A stretch of DNA of 64,000 bases from positions 64,001-128,000 of the forward strand of contig CAXNJO010000009.1 in the NCBI GenBank assembly GCA_964202905.1. Direction: 5' to 3'. This document shows positions 13,613 through 29,909 of this stretch, one piece after another. The notes beneath the pieces were generated by a model. That model was not told where the DNA came from, searched no databases, and saw only the letters and a program-made list of their open reading frames with translations. The position numbers and the translations under genes are program-made. How positions within the stretch are numbered: position 1 is the stretch's first letter; every line of letters begins with the position of its first letter. This DNA comes from Polyangiales bacterium (lineage in GTDB: Bacteria; Myxococcota_A; Polyangia; Polyangiales; JADJQN01).

Positions 13613-15529
13613 CTAGAGGTCGAGGTCGTCCGCCTGCACGCCGCGCGCGTGCTCCATGATGAAGCGGAAGCGCGGCGCCGGGTCCTTGCCCATCAGCTCG
13701 TTGAGGATGCGATCCGTCTCGAGCTCGCCCTCGATCGTCACGCGCATCGCGCGACGACGCTTCGGGTCGAGCGTCGTGAGCTTGAGGTCGATGGCGTCCA
13801 TCTCGCCGAGGCCCTTGAAGCGGCTGACGTCGGGTTTGACGTTCTTCGGGAGCTTCGCGAGGAGCGCGTCCTTCTCCGCGTCGTCGAGGGCGAAGTACGT
13901 CTCCTTGCCCGCGTCGATGCGAAAGAGCGGCGGCATCGCGATGAAGACGTGGCCGTTGCGGATGAGGCCCGGCAGCACGCGGTAGAAGAACGTGAGGAGC
14001 AGCGTCGAGATGTGGTAGCCGTCGCTGTCGGCGTCCATCAGCAGGAAGATCCGGCCGTAGCGCAGCTTCGTGAGGTCGAAGTCCTTGCCGACGCCGCAGC
14101 CGAGCGCGGAGACGATGTCCTGCAGCTCCTTGTTCGACGAGATGGCCTGCACGTTCGCCCGCTCGGCGTTGAGGACCTTGCCCCGGAGCGCGAGGATCGC
14201 CTGCGTCTTGCGGTCCCTCCCCTGCTTCGCGCTGCCGCCGGCGGACTCGCCCTCGACGAGGAAGAGCTCGCTGTCGGACGGGTCGGTGCTCGAACAGTCC
14301 GCGAGCTTGCCGGGCAGGTTGAGCCGATGGCTCACCGCGCCCTTGCGCTTGACCTCGGTCATCGCGGCGCGGCTCGCCTCGCGCGCCCGCGCAGCGAGCA
14401 CGATGCGCGCGAGCACCGCGTCGGCCGTCTTCTTGTTGTCGTGGAGCCACTGCTCGAGCGCGGTGCGCACCGCGCCCTCGACCTGCCCGCTCACCTCGGT
14501 GTTGTTGAGGCGATCCTTCGTCTGGCCCTGGAACTGCGGCTCGGCGACGTAGACGCTCACGAGCGCGACGAGGCCCTCGCGGATGTCCTCGGCGGTGATC
14601 GTCACGCCCTTCGGCGTGAGGTCGTGCGTCGTCATGTAGCCGCGGACGGCGCGCGTCACGGCCTGCTTGAGGCCCGCGTCGTGCGTGCCGCCGTTGTGCG
14701 TGGGGATGCCGTTCGCGTAGCTCCGCAGCGACTCGCTCGGGGACTCCGTCCACGTGAGCGCGACCTCCATGCGGATGGGGTCCTCACGCTCGAGCGTGAA
14801 CGGCGCCAGCGGGATCGGCGGGTGGCCCGACTCGGCGACGATCTTGCCGAGGTACTCGACGATGCCGCCCGGATGCTCGAACTCGAGGCGCTCCTTCGTC
14901 TTCTCGTCGCGGAAGAAGAGGCGCAAGCCCTTGTGGAGGTAGGACTTCGCCTCGAGGCGCTCCTTGACGACGTCGACGTCGAACTCCGCCTTCTCGCCGA
15001 AAATCTTGGTGTCCGGACGGAAGTGGATGGTCGTGCCGTGCGCACGCAGCCCCTCCTGCACCTTCTCGATCGGTCCCGTCGCGACGCCGCGGCGGTACGA
15101 CTGCCGCCACTCGGCACCACCCCGCTTGATGGTCGCGACGAGCTTCTCCGAGAGCGCGTTGACCACCGAGGAGCCGACGCCGTGGAGGCCGCCGGAGACC
15201 TGGTAGCTCTTGCCCTCGAACTTGCCGCCCGAGTGAAGCGTCGTGAGGATGAGCTCGAGCGCGGGCTTCTTGAACTTCGGGTGGATGTCGACGGGGATGC
15301 CGCGACCATCATCCGAGATGGTGGCGCCGCGCCGATCGGCGTCGATCAGGACCTCGATGCGCTTGGCGTGGCCGTTGATCGCCTCGTCGACGCAGTTGTC
15401 GAGGATCTCCCAGAGGAGGTGGTGGTAGCCCGTCTTGTCGGTGCCGCCGATGTACATCGCCGGCCGCTTGCGCACGGGCTCGAGGCCCTCGAGGACCTCG
15501 ATGTCTTTCGCTGAGTAGTTCTCGGACAT
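13613..15529 (-). CDS. parE: Type IIA topoisomerase subunit B (topo IV ParE-like)
   Basis: GLEPVRKRPAMYIG, EILDNCVDE, GRGIP, SGGLHGVG, FQGQTK, LPGKLADC, MDADSDG, RFKGLGEM; 638 aa without the large gyrase insert. Confidence 0.85.
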   Translation of the reverse strand: MSENYSAKDIEVLEGLEPVRKRPAMYIGGTDKTGYHHLLWEILDNCVDEAINGHAKRIEVLIDADRRGATISDDGRGIPVDIHPKFKKPALELILTTLHSGGKFEGKSYQVSGGLHGVGSSVVNALSEKLVATIKRGGAEWRQSYRRGVATGPIEKVQEGLRAHGTTIHFRPDTKIFGEKAEFDVDVVKERLEAKSYLHKGLRLFFRDEKTKERLEFEHPGGIVEYLGKIVAESGHPPIPLAPFTLEREDPIRMEVALTWTESPSESLRSYANGIPTHNGGTHDAGLKQAVTRAVRGYMTTHDLTPKGVTITAEDIREGLVALVSVYVAEPQFQGQTKDRLNNTEVSGQVEGAVRTALEQWLHDNKKTADAVLARIVLAARAREASRAAMTEVKRKGAVSHRLNLPGKLADCSSTDPSDSELFLVEGESAGGSAKQGRDRKTQAILALRGKVLNAERANVQAISSNKELQDIVSALGCGVGKDFDLTKLRYGRIFLLMDADSDGYHISTLLLTFFYRVLPGLIRNGHVFIAMPPLFRIDAGKETYFALDDAEKDALLAKLPKNVKPDVSRFKGLGEMDAIDLKLTTLDPKRRRAMRVTIEGELETDRILNELMGKDPAPRFRFIMEHARGVQADDLDL

Positions 15530-15538
15530 GCGCGCGCC

Positions 15539-17911
<2,373 letters not shown>

Positions 17912-18088
17912 TCGCTCGTTCCGGGGGCTGTACCGCCGTTCAGGTGTCGCAGCGGAGCGCGATGCTGCAACGCGCCTGCCGCACGCGCAAGGGCGGCGCA
18001 GGACGCCGGGCGTGGGCCGCGTCGCGCGGACGACCCGGCCTGCGTGCGGAGGCGCGCGGGGCCGCGGTGCGCGGACGCGCGGCGGGGA

Positions 18089-20207
18089 CTACTCGCAGGG
18101 ATCCGTCTCGAGGCCCGGCGCGGGTACGCGCGCGGTCCCCGTCGCGAGGTGCGACGCGAGGAAGCAACCATATTGATGCTTCACCGCGTCGAGCTGCGTG
18201 TAGATGGCGTGAGGGTCGTAGATCCCGTCGCCCTCGTACTGCACGACGACGCCCGTGAAGGGCGCGCCCGTCTCCGACATCACGTTGTCGACGACGGGAT
18301 AGGAAAGGAGCCCGTCGCGGCCGGTGAGCGCGAGCGCGTCCTGCATCGAGGGCCACACGACGTCGCCCGCCTGCTCGTGCCCGTAGGAGAGCGCGATCGC
18401 GTCGAAAGTGGGCGTCGCGAAGTACGAGTCGCCGAGGCCGACGGGCTCGTAGACGTCCCGCACGGGGTGGCCCGGCAGCGGCCGGCGCGCGAGGCGCGGT
18501 GTGTAGACGATCGGGTCCACGGCCTCCCACGCGGTCTCGTAGATCTGCAGCGCCGGGTGCAGGAAGGTGAGCGGCGCCGAGGTGCCGATGAGGAAGGTCC
18601 CGATGAGCGCGCCCGGGTTCGGGAAGAGCGGCGTCTCGAGGATGAACTGGCTCCAGTAGCCGCCCGCTCCGGTGGGCAGCAGCGGCGAGGACGCGCGGCT
18701 CGACGGCGGAGAAGAGGTTCGTGTACTGCCCGCCCATCGACTGGCCCTGCGTGTAGATGTGTCCGCCGTCGAAGCGGTACCTCCCGAGGCCCGCAGGCAG
18801 CGAGAGCCCGGTGCACGCGGCCACGCTGGCGGGGGTGATGCGCAGCGCGAGGAGGGCCTCGAGGAAGAGCCGCTGCTCGATCACGCCCTGCCGGAAGAGG
18901 TCACGCCCCGGGCCGAGGTTGTTGAAGTTGAGGTACTCCTGCTCGGACGCGCCCGGCACGCGCTCGGGGTTCACGGGGAGCGCGCTGCTCGCGACGGCGA
19001 GGCCGTGGCGCGCGAGGACGTGCGCGGGGCCCTCGCCCTTCACGTTGCAGCCCGTGCGGCCCTCCCACTCGCCGAGCCTCCCCTCGGGGCAACGCGTCGC
19101 GTCCGTCTCGAGCCGCCAGGTGCCGCGATCGGCGCTCGCGGTGCTGAGGCCGCCCGAGCCGTGGAAGTACATCGTGAGCGGGAACCCCGCCTCGGGCATC
19201 GCGCCGAGCGGCAGCGACACGGTGATCGGGACCGTCTCACGACGCTGCTCGACGAGCGCGCCCGCGCCGTCCCGCACGAAGAGCCCGCCCGTGTCGAAAG
19301 GCGCCTCGCCGGCCTGGAACTGCGGGAAGGAGATGGTCCCGCGCAGCTCGCAGTAGCGCGGGTGCGCGGCGCCATCGTCGGGATCGACGACGAGGTCCGC
19401 GATCGTCGCGTCGAAGCGCGCGAGCGCGTCGTCGGAGAGCGCGGCGAGCTCGGCGACCACGTCGCCCGTCGTGAAGACCGTCGCCGTCGCGACCTGAGCC
19501 GCCGGGACGCCGAGGGTCGCGAGCGTCTCGAGGAGCGGCGCCGTCAGCGTGCGCAGCGCCTCGCCGCGCGCGCCTGGGGGCGTCTCGCCGCGCGCGAGGG
19601 CCGCGAAGGCGGGCGCGGGCGCGACGGGCTCGCCCGCTGCGTCGAGGAGCGCCGTCGTGACGACGAACGCGTAGGTGCGATCGGGTTGCAACACGAAGCC
19701 GGGGCGCGCGGCGACACCGAGCAGGCCGGCCGGCGTGTAGGCATCACGCGGGAGCGTCGCGGCGACGACGGGCGTGAGCGCGCCGCGCTCGGGCGAGGCG
19801 GGGTCGATGTCGACGAGGAGGATGGGCGCTGTGGCCACAGCGGGGACGACATCGGCCGGGACGCGCGGCGCAAGGTCGCCATCGAAGCGCAGATAACCCA
19901 CGGGAACCACTGGGAAACCCGGGTGCTGACCGGCGACCTCGACGAGCCCCTCGATGATGCTGCTGCGAGCCGAGACGGGGACACCGCGCAGGTCCGGCGT
20001 GCCCGCCGCCGTGAGGCGGAGATCCGAGGGAAACGGGAAGTCGTAGAAGGTCTCGGGCGCGTCGAGCGCGACCGCGAGATCGACGATGGCGGTGGTCGCG
20101 AGCGGGGGCAGGAGCGGCGCGGGGTCGTCGTCACCGCCGCATGCGACGAGCGCGCCGACGAGACAGAGGCCGAGGAGCGGGGTGCGAGCGAGGGGCCGCG
20201 ACGTCAT
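18089..20207 (-). CDS. Lipoprotein: N-terminal Ig-like region plus alpha/beta-hydrolase (lipase-like); frameshift near 18678
   Basis: Lipobox LVAC; PFPSDLR, YFHGSGG, GQSMGG elbow; continues as PTGAGGYW...GLGDSYF...YDPH in ORF 18089..18520. Confidence 0.75.
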
Positions 20208-20257
20208 CCGCGCACGCTACCATGCAGCCCTCGCGCCCCGCAGCGCCGCGCGCGAGG

Positions 20258-21740
20258 TCAGGGCGTGAGGGCCCGGCGCGTGCGGACCGAAAGGCGCGGG
20301 TCGACCCACGCCCCGCGCGCGACGGCGGCGCGCACCTCGGCGACGGGGACGGCCACCTCCCCGAGCAGAGCGAGTCGCACGCAGCGCGGCCCCCCGGGCG
20401 CGTCGTCCACCACGAAGACGTCACGCGGCGCGACACGCGTGGCGAGATCCGCGAGCACGAGCGGCGCGAGCCCGTGCGCGACGACGACCGAGGTCCCCGG
20501 GGCGCGGACCGCCCGCGCAGAGACCGAGCGCGCGGCGACGAACGCGGGGTCCGCCCACGCGCGACCGTAGTGGTGCGCGACCGCGACGCCCGTCCCGACG
20601 CTGCCGATCGCGACGAGCGCGACGAGCGTCGCGACGACCGCGCGCGAGGGGCGCGCCCGCAAGACGTGCACGAGCCCGACGAGCCCGCCGACCCAGAAGA
20701 GGTCCCACCGCTCGATGAGCGCGGGCTCGTAGAGATACGGGAACACGAGCGAGACGAGCAGCGCGGCGGCGAGCTCCGGACGCGCGCGCAGCGCGGCCCC
20801 GAGCGCCTGACCGCGCGCGGCGACGAGCTGGACCACGAGGGCGAGCGCGAGCGCGCAGGACACCGCGGGGATCCAGGTGCGCAGCGCCGCGTCGAGCGCC
20901 GGCGTGAGGCGCATCAGGTGCACCGAGGGCGTCAGCGCGATCGCGCGGAGCCCGCCGACGTATTGCTCGAGGCGCGCGGCGGAGCCGAGGGGGGTCGTCG
21001 ACTGCGCGAAGTCCTGGAGCCGCAGCGCCTGCGGGAGAAACGCATGGAGCGCGTTCAGCGCGCCCGTGAAGGGGACGAGGTGCGCGAGGTGATACACGCC
21101 GAGCGCCGTCAGCCCCGCGACGGCGAGCCCGCCTGCGCGCGCGGGATCGCGCCGCGCGACCCACGGCGCGACCGCGAGCGGGAAGAGGAGCACGAGCAGC
21201 GACACGTTCACGAGCATCGCGGCCGCGAGCAGCACGCCGAGCAGGACGCCGCGCCGACGCTCGCCGCGGGCCTCGACGCTGCGCCGCGCGAACAGCGCGA
21301 ACACGCCGAGGACGAGCGGCAGGTAGAGCACGTTGTCTTCGGCGAGCAGGAAGAGCGAGACGAGGCCGGGGCTCCCGATCGTGGACGCCGCGAGCACGAG
21401 CGCCGGTCGCCCGCCCCGAGAGCCCGGCGCGTCGCGCGACGCCGAACACACCGAGCAGGAACGCCGCCGCCCCCGCGGCCGTGAGCCCGACGACCGCCGC
21501 GCGAGGCGTCACGCCCACCGCCATCAGCGCGCGCATGGCGCCGTGGTAGAGCAGGTGACCGTCGAGGTAGAGGTCGGGGCGGTAGCCGCGAATGAACGCG
21601 AGGCGCGCGTACGTGTCCCAATCCCAGAGCCCCACCTCACCGCGCCGGACGAGGACGAGCGCGGCCGTGAGCGCCGCAGAAGCCGCCGCCCAGCCGAGCC
21701 CGGCGAACACGGCGTTCCGTCGTGACGCGGCCACGCTCAC
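20258..21740 (-). CDS. Polytopic membrane protein, possibly GT-C-like; frameshift near 21405
   Basis: About 10 hydrophobic segments; LWDWDTY and HLLY in the first loop, AEDN, IERW; GTG overlaps the upstream stop. Confidence 0.6.
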
Positions 21741-24700
21741 GGCCCCTCCCGCACGTCGAGCCGGGATGGCCCGAACACCCGCGGCGGCGCGAGGCGGATC
21801 CGGATGGCCTCGCCGGTCGGTGAGAGCGAGGCGCGCAGGTACTCGAGGGCGCGCCGCTGAACACGGACGGTGACCGTCCCTGTCCGCGGCCCGAGCTCGA
21901 GGAGGGTCTCGCGGTACGGATGCGCGGCGACGGTTTCCGTCGCGCCATCGCTCCAGCGCACGCCCGCCTGCGAGGCCCCGAGCCCCTCGAGGACGAGCAG
22001 ACGCCCGTCCACGTCGCCCTCCACCGCCGGCAGCCGAAAGCGGAGAAACACGAGGCCGGCGCGGTCCTGTGCAGAGGGCGAGAACGCGCCGTAGGTGCGA
22101 CCGTCCGTCGACACCTCGAGATCGAGGACGGCGCGCATGGGGCCGGGCGCATCGAGGGTGATGCGCCCGTCGATCGGCGCGAGCTCGACCCCGTTCACGC
22201 GCGCGCTGCGCCACGAGGGCGGCACGGCGATCGCGAGCGCCCCCCCCTCGAGGACGTCGCCGACGAGGCCCTGCGCATCCCGCGCGACGACGCCGACGCC
22301 CTCCCCGAGCGGCACCGGTCCGCCCGTCGCGTCGGGCACCGCGAGCCGCGCCTGCGCCTGCCCGCGCAGGCCCGCGTGCGAGGAAAATTGCGCGGCGACC
22401 GCGAGGAGCGGATAGCCCGCTGCGCGACGCAGCGCGTCGAGCGGCGCAGCCCACTCGCGCTCGCCCGCGGGCGCGAGATTTCCGATCGCCCATCGCTCGG
22501 CGCCGACCGCGAGCGTGAGACCGCGCAGCGCGTACGGGCGCACGTTCCGGACCCGCACGCGCAACGTGCGATCGCTGGCGAGCACCTGCGGCGTCAGCGC
22601 CTCGAGCGTGACGTCCGCGAGCAGCGCGCGGAGCGTGTCGAGCTCGGGCTTGGGCCGGCCGCGCTCGTCCCAGAAGCCGCGGCGGTCGTCGGCCATGTCG
22701 GGGCTCCACGGGTCGTTGAAGGCGCCGGGCGGCACGGCTTGCGCCCAGTTGTCGTGCGAGGCGTAGAAGACGGCCCCTGACGCGCCGAGCACGTCGAGCG
22801 CACGCCACTGCGCCGCGAGACGCCAGCGGCGCAGCGCCGTGGGCGGCAGCTCGTAGAAGGCGACGAAGCCGCCGAGCTCGCTCGCGTAGAACGGGCGCCC
22901 ACGCGCAGGCAGCGCAGCGAGCGCGTCCGACCAGTACGTGGCGCCGGAGTCCAGCATGTTCACGCCGAGCACCTCGGGGTGATAGTCGACGAAGGTCGCG
23001 AAGGTCGCGTAGCTCGTCGGGAGTTGGCGCGGCGACGCGTTGGCGCGCGCGACGAGACGCGTGAGCGCGGCGAGCGTCGTCGCGCGGCGGTCGTGGATCT
23101 CCAGCTCGTTGCCGACGTTGAGCAGCAGCCCGTAGGGGAAGCCGTCGAGCGTCGCGACCAGCTCGTCCCAGTGGCGCGCGTGGGCACGCCGGTCGCGCGC
23201 GCTCTCGACGTCGACGGCGTCCCAACTCGAGCTCTCGGGCTGCGCGATCACGAGCAGCTGAGTCGCGCGTGCGGCCGCGAGGATCGCCGGCGTGGGCGGA
23301 TGGTAGAGCCGCACCGCGTTCACGCCGAGCCGCGCCAGCGCGGGATAGCCCTCGGCCGCGCTCAGTCCGAGCGCAGGCGTCGAGAAGGTCGGCACCATGC
23401 CCTTGAGGACGAAGGGCTCGCCGTTGACGCGGAGCCGCTGGCCGCGCGCGTCGACCACGCTCGTCGCGATCGCGCGGTCGACGGCGCACTGCACGCCCGC
23501 GCCGGAGACCACCATGCGCACCGTGTGCGCCCGCCAGCCCACCGGCCGCCGGAACCGCGCGTGGTGCGCCGAGGGACGCGCCGAGGCGGGGATCCGCTCG
23601 GTCGCGACGAGCGCGCCGTCGACGAACGTGCGGAGCGTGCGTGCCTGCGTCGATGGCGACACCCGGCCGACGACGTCGATCGCGACCACACCACCGGCGA
23701 GCGACTTGCTGGGCTCGAGCGCGAGCAGCGGCGCGTACGCCCGGGCTGCGAGCAGCGGCGGCCACAGCAGCGCCCGCTCCTCGCCGCAAGGCCCCACGGA
23801 GAAGACCTCGTTCGCCGCGACGACGGCGAGCGCGAAGGCCGCGCCCCAGAGCACGAACGCCGTCCCGCGCCGCCGCTCGCGCGTCACCGCGAGCTGCACG
23901 CGGAGCGCAGGCTCGAGCGCGCCCTCCGAGAACTCGTGCGTCCGATCGATCGGCGACCACTCGCGGTGCCGGAGCACGAGATCCGCGAGGCCGAGCAGCG
24001 CGCCGAGCAGCTCGAAGAACACGACCAGCGGCGAGGTCACGACGAACACGAGCAGGTCGCGGACAGGGCACGGACCGCAGCAGCGCCCACGCGAGCAGGA
24101 CCGCGCCGAGTCCGCCGACGAGCAGCGCGCCCTGCGCGGCCCACAGCGCGCCCTGGTGCGGAAACGAGGTGAGGAAGTAGTAGGTCTCGCGCTCGAACAC
24201 CTGAAAGAAAAGCGCGCCGGCGGTGCTCACGTAGGGCGCGATCGCCGACACGCAGACGACCGCGTCGCGCGACTGCGTGCTGCGGCGCCACGACAGGTAG
24301 AGCGAGAGCGGCACGCCGACGCCCACGGACACGAGCAGCACGAGCCCGCGCACCGCGGGCGTCGCCTGCAGAAAGTCGTAGAGGCCCTGCGCGGTGAAGA
24401 AGATCTGGACCGCGGCGGCGACGAGATAGAACTGCCCGAGAAAGAGCGCCTCGAAGCGGGTGCGGACCGGCGCGCCGCCGCGCAGGAGCACGCGCGCGTG
24501 GCCGAGGAAGGCGTGCGTGTGACCCGCGGCCCAGCGCCTCCGCCGAAGCACGAAGCTGCGCAGGTTCGGCGTGGTCTCTTCGACCGAGCCCACCTGCGGA
24601 TCGTAGGCGATGCGTCGCCCCGCGAGCGCGAGCGTGAGCGTGAGCCAGGTGTCCTCGGTGATGCAGTCGGCGAAGCGCGTGCGCGCGAGGATGTCGCCGC

Positions 24701-25376
24701 GGAAGACGGCGGTGCTCCCGGTGAAGCTCACGCGCCCCGAGCGCGCCCACGCGGCGCGGTTGAAGAGCTCGAACACGGTGTGCGAGAGCAGCGCGTCCCA
24801 CACCTGCGCGACGCGATCGGTGCCGAGGGGACGCTTGCGACACTGCACCGCGGCCGCGTCCTCGCGCGCGAGCGTCCGCAGCGCCGACTGCAGCCAGCCC
24901 GGCTGCGCGCGGTGGTCCGCGTCGAGGATCGCGATGAATTCGGCTGAAAAAAGGGCGAGCGCGTGGTTGAGCTTGAGGTGTTTCGCGCGGTGTCCGGTGG
25001 CCACCACGCGCACCTGTCGGCGCGGCTCGTCGACGAGGACCTGGATGCGCCCGCCCTCCTCCTCGCGGCGCCCCCCGAAGACGCCGCGGAGCGCCGCGAC
25101 GGACGCGTCGTCGAACGCCTCGACGAGCACGCACACGAAGACGCCCCCTTCGTGCGTCTGCGCGAGGAGCGTGCGCACCGTGTCGATGAGCGCTGCGCCC
25201 TCGTGGTGCGACGGCACCAGCACGAGCACGTCCCCCGCGACGGCGGGCGCGTCGCGGGGCGCGTCGAGTCGGCGCGCGCCGTTCACGAGCACGAACCCGA
25301 GCAACGCAGCCCAATACCCCCCGAAATACGCGAGCGCGCAGACGGCGACCAACAGCAGGGCGCCCGAGAGCGTCAT
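21737..25376 (-). CDS. GT2 glycosyltransferase - TM region - clan GH-A TIM-barrel fusion; frameshift near 24065
   Basis: GT2: AKHLKLN, ILDADH, FTGS, ITEDT, RRRRW; then TM helices; then NGEPFVLKG, LGVNAVRLY, VGNELE, FYASELGG. Confidence 0.75.
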
Positions 25377-25427
25377 CGATCAGGCCGTGCGGGGCCGGTC
25401 CATGCGAGGCCCGGCCGCGCGCGCCGC

Positions 25428-26189
25428 TCAGGGCGCGACGACGCAGGTATCAACGCCCTGACAGCCCGATGTGGGTCCGTCGCAGTCGCCCGGGTCACGA
25501 ATCCCGGGCCGCAGCGGGTCTCCGCAGGATCCGGAGGTGCCGTATCCGCAAAAGCATTGGGCCGCCGCGCACACGCGCTGCATGCAATCGAAATCGACGC
25601 ACTCGCAGTGCAGCGAAGCGCAGGCCGAGTCGCTCGCGCACGCGGCCCCCTCACCGAGCGGCGCCGCCGCGTCCCCCCCGCTCCCCGCGTCGCGCGTGGG
25701 CGGCGTCAGCATGAAGGGCGGGAACCGGATGGGATCGACGTCCGCAGAGATACACCGTCCATCCGGGGCGCACGTCTCGCCTTCGGCGCACTCGACCTCG
25801 ACGCACGCGGACAGCAAGGCCATGCGCACGACGAGGCGCCGCCCTTCGATGAAGCTCGTGCGGACCTGCGTCGAGACCTGCCGGACGCCGCCGCGCAGAC
25901 CGGACGCGCGGATCGAGACCGGCGCGTCCCCGGCGACCCGCGGCCGCAGACCGAGCGTGACCGGCAGCGACACGCTCCCGGCTCCGGCGAGCAAGGCGCT
26001 CGAGGTGCGGGGCAGACCGCTCGCGCCCTCGACCTCGATGCGCACCTCGTCGATCACGGACGGCACGGGGAGCTCGCTGTCCACGACGACCACAAGCTCC
26101 GTGGGGGTCGCCTCCGCGCAGGACACCGCGCCGGCTGCGGCGAGCGCGACGATCCAGAAGGACCAGACGTGCCTCCCGAAGAAAATCAT
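25428..26189 (-). CDS. Cys-rich secreted lipoprotein
   Basis: Lipobox AVSC; VVVVDSELPVPSVID domain; C-terminal disulfide-rich region. Confidence 0.7.
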   Translation of the reverse strand: MIFFGRHVWSFWIVALAAAGAVSCAEATPTELVVVVDSELPVPSVIDEVRIEVEGASGLPRTSSALLAGAGSVSLPVTLGLRPRVAGDAPVSIRASGLRGGVRQVSTQVRTSFIEGRRLVVRMALLSACVEVECAEGETCAPDGRCISADVDPIRFPPFMLTPPTRDAGSGGDAAAPLGEGAACASDSACASLHCECVDFDCMQRVCAAAQCFCGYGTSGSCGDPLRPGIRDPGDCDGPTSGCQGVDTCVVAP

Positions 26190-26238
26190 CGGCGGGACGG
26201 TACCACGTGCGCCTGCGTCGGCGTGAGTTCCGAGTGCG

Positions 26239-27204
26239 TCAGCGCGGCGACGGCTCGGAGGCGCGCCGCACGAGGAGCGCGAGGAGACGACCCGCGCGCT
26301 CGTTGCCGGGATCGAGCACGAGCACCTGCTCGAGCGCCGCGCGCATCCCCTCCACGTTGCGCCGCGCGAAGAGCTGCCCCGCGAGCGCGAAAAGGACGTC
26401 CATCGCCGCGGCGTCCTCGCCCGCCTCGAGGTGGAACTCGGCGACGCGACGCGCGAGCAGCAGGTCGTTCGGGTAGCGTGCGCGGAGCTTGTCGAGCTCG
26501 CCGCGCACCTGCGCCTCGTGGCCCCAGCGCCGCAGCGCGGCCATGTCGGCGAGCCACCGCTCGAGCTCGCGGGGCGGCATCTCGCCGTCCTCGCCGCGCT
26601 CGGCGGCCGGGCGCGCCGGCGGTGCGACGCGCGCGACCTCGGGGACCACGGCGCGGGCCTCGCGGCGCTGCGTCGTGAGCCCGCGCGGCGAGGGCGGCAC
26701 GTAGAGCGGCTCGTCCGACGAGGGCGCGCGCACCGCGACGTCGCGGAGAGCCTCCTCGAGCCGCGCGCGGGGCGGGGGCGGATGCGTCGAGCGGCGGCGC
26801 GTGAGCAGCACCGCGGGCACCGCGTCCAGCGAGTCGTCCGCCGCGTCGGACACCACGCCGCGCGCGGTGTCGGCGTCATCCCAGCGCGCGGCGGGCGGCG
26901 CCACGCGCGGGGCCTCGGCGCGGCGCGCTGCGGGTGTCGATGCGGGCAGCGCGTGCATGCCGGTGGGCGCGTCGTCGTCCGCGTCATCGGGCTCGGGCGC
27001 GAAGCGAGCGTCGGTGCGGCGGGCGGCGACGTGCGCGGCGGCGTCGTGCGACGCGGGACGCGAGGCGTCGGCGACGCGCTCGAGGGCCGCGCGCACGGTG
27101 CGTGGATCGTGCCCGAGGTCGTTGGCGTTCCGTACGAACTCCGCGAACAGCGCCTCCGCCTCGCGGAAGAGGTGCGCGTCGCCGTCGCGCTCGTCGACCG
27201 GCAT
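26239..27204 (-). CDS. Hypothetical protein with C-terminal TPR-like helices
   Basis: ALEQVLVLDPGNERA TPR-like end; long low-complexity middle; 4 bp downstream of leuS. Confidence 0.6.
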   Translation of the reverse strand: MPVDERDGDAHLFREAEALFAEFVRNANDLGHDPRTVRAALERVADASRPASHDAAAHVAARRTDARFAPEPDDADDDAPTGMHALPASTPAARRAEAPRVAPPAARWDDADTARGVVSDAADDSLDAVPAVLLTRRRSTHPPPPRARLEEALRDVAVRAPSSDEPLYVPPSPRGLTTQRREARAVVPEVARVAPPARPAAERGEDGEMPPRELERWLADMAALRRWGHEAQVRGELDKLRARYPNDLLLARRVAEFHLEAGEDAAAMDVLFALAGQLFARRNVEGMRAALEQVLVLDPGNERAGRLLALLVRRASEPSPR

Positions 27205-27208
27205 CGGC

Positions 27209-29830
<2,622 letters not shown>

Positions 29831-29909
29831 GGTGGGGCCGCACGCGTATCACGCGGAGCCCCCGCGCGGCTAGATCACGGCGGGCGGCGCAGACGTGCGC
29901 CGGAGTGGA

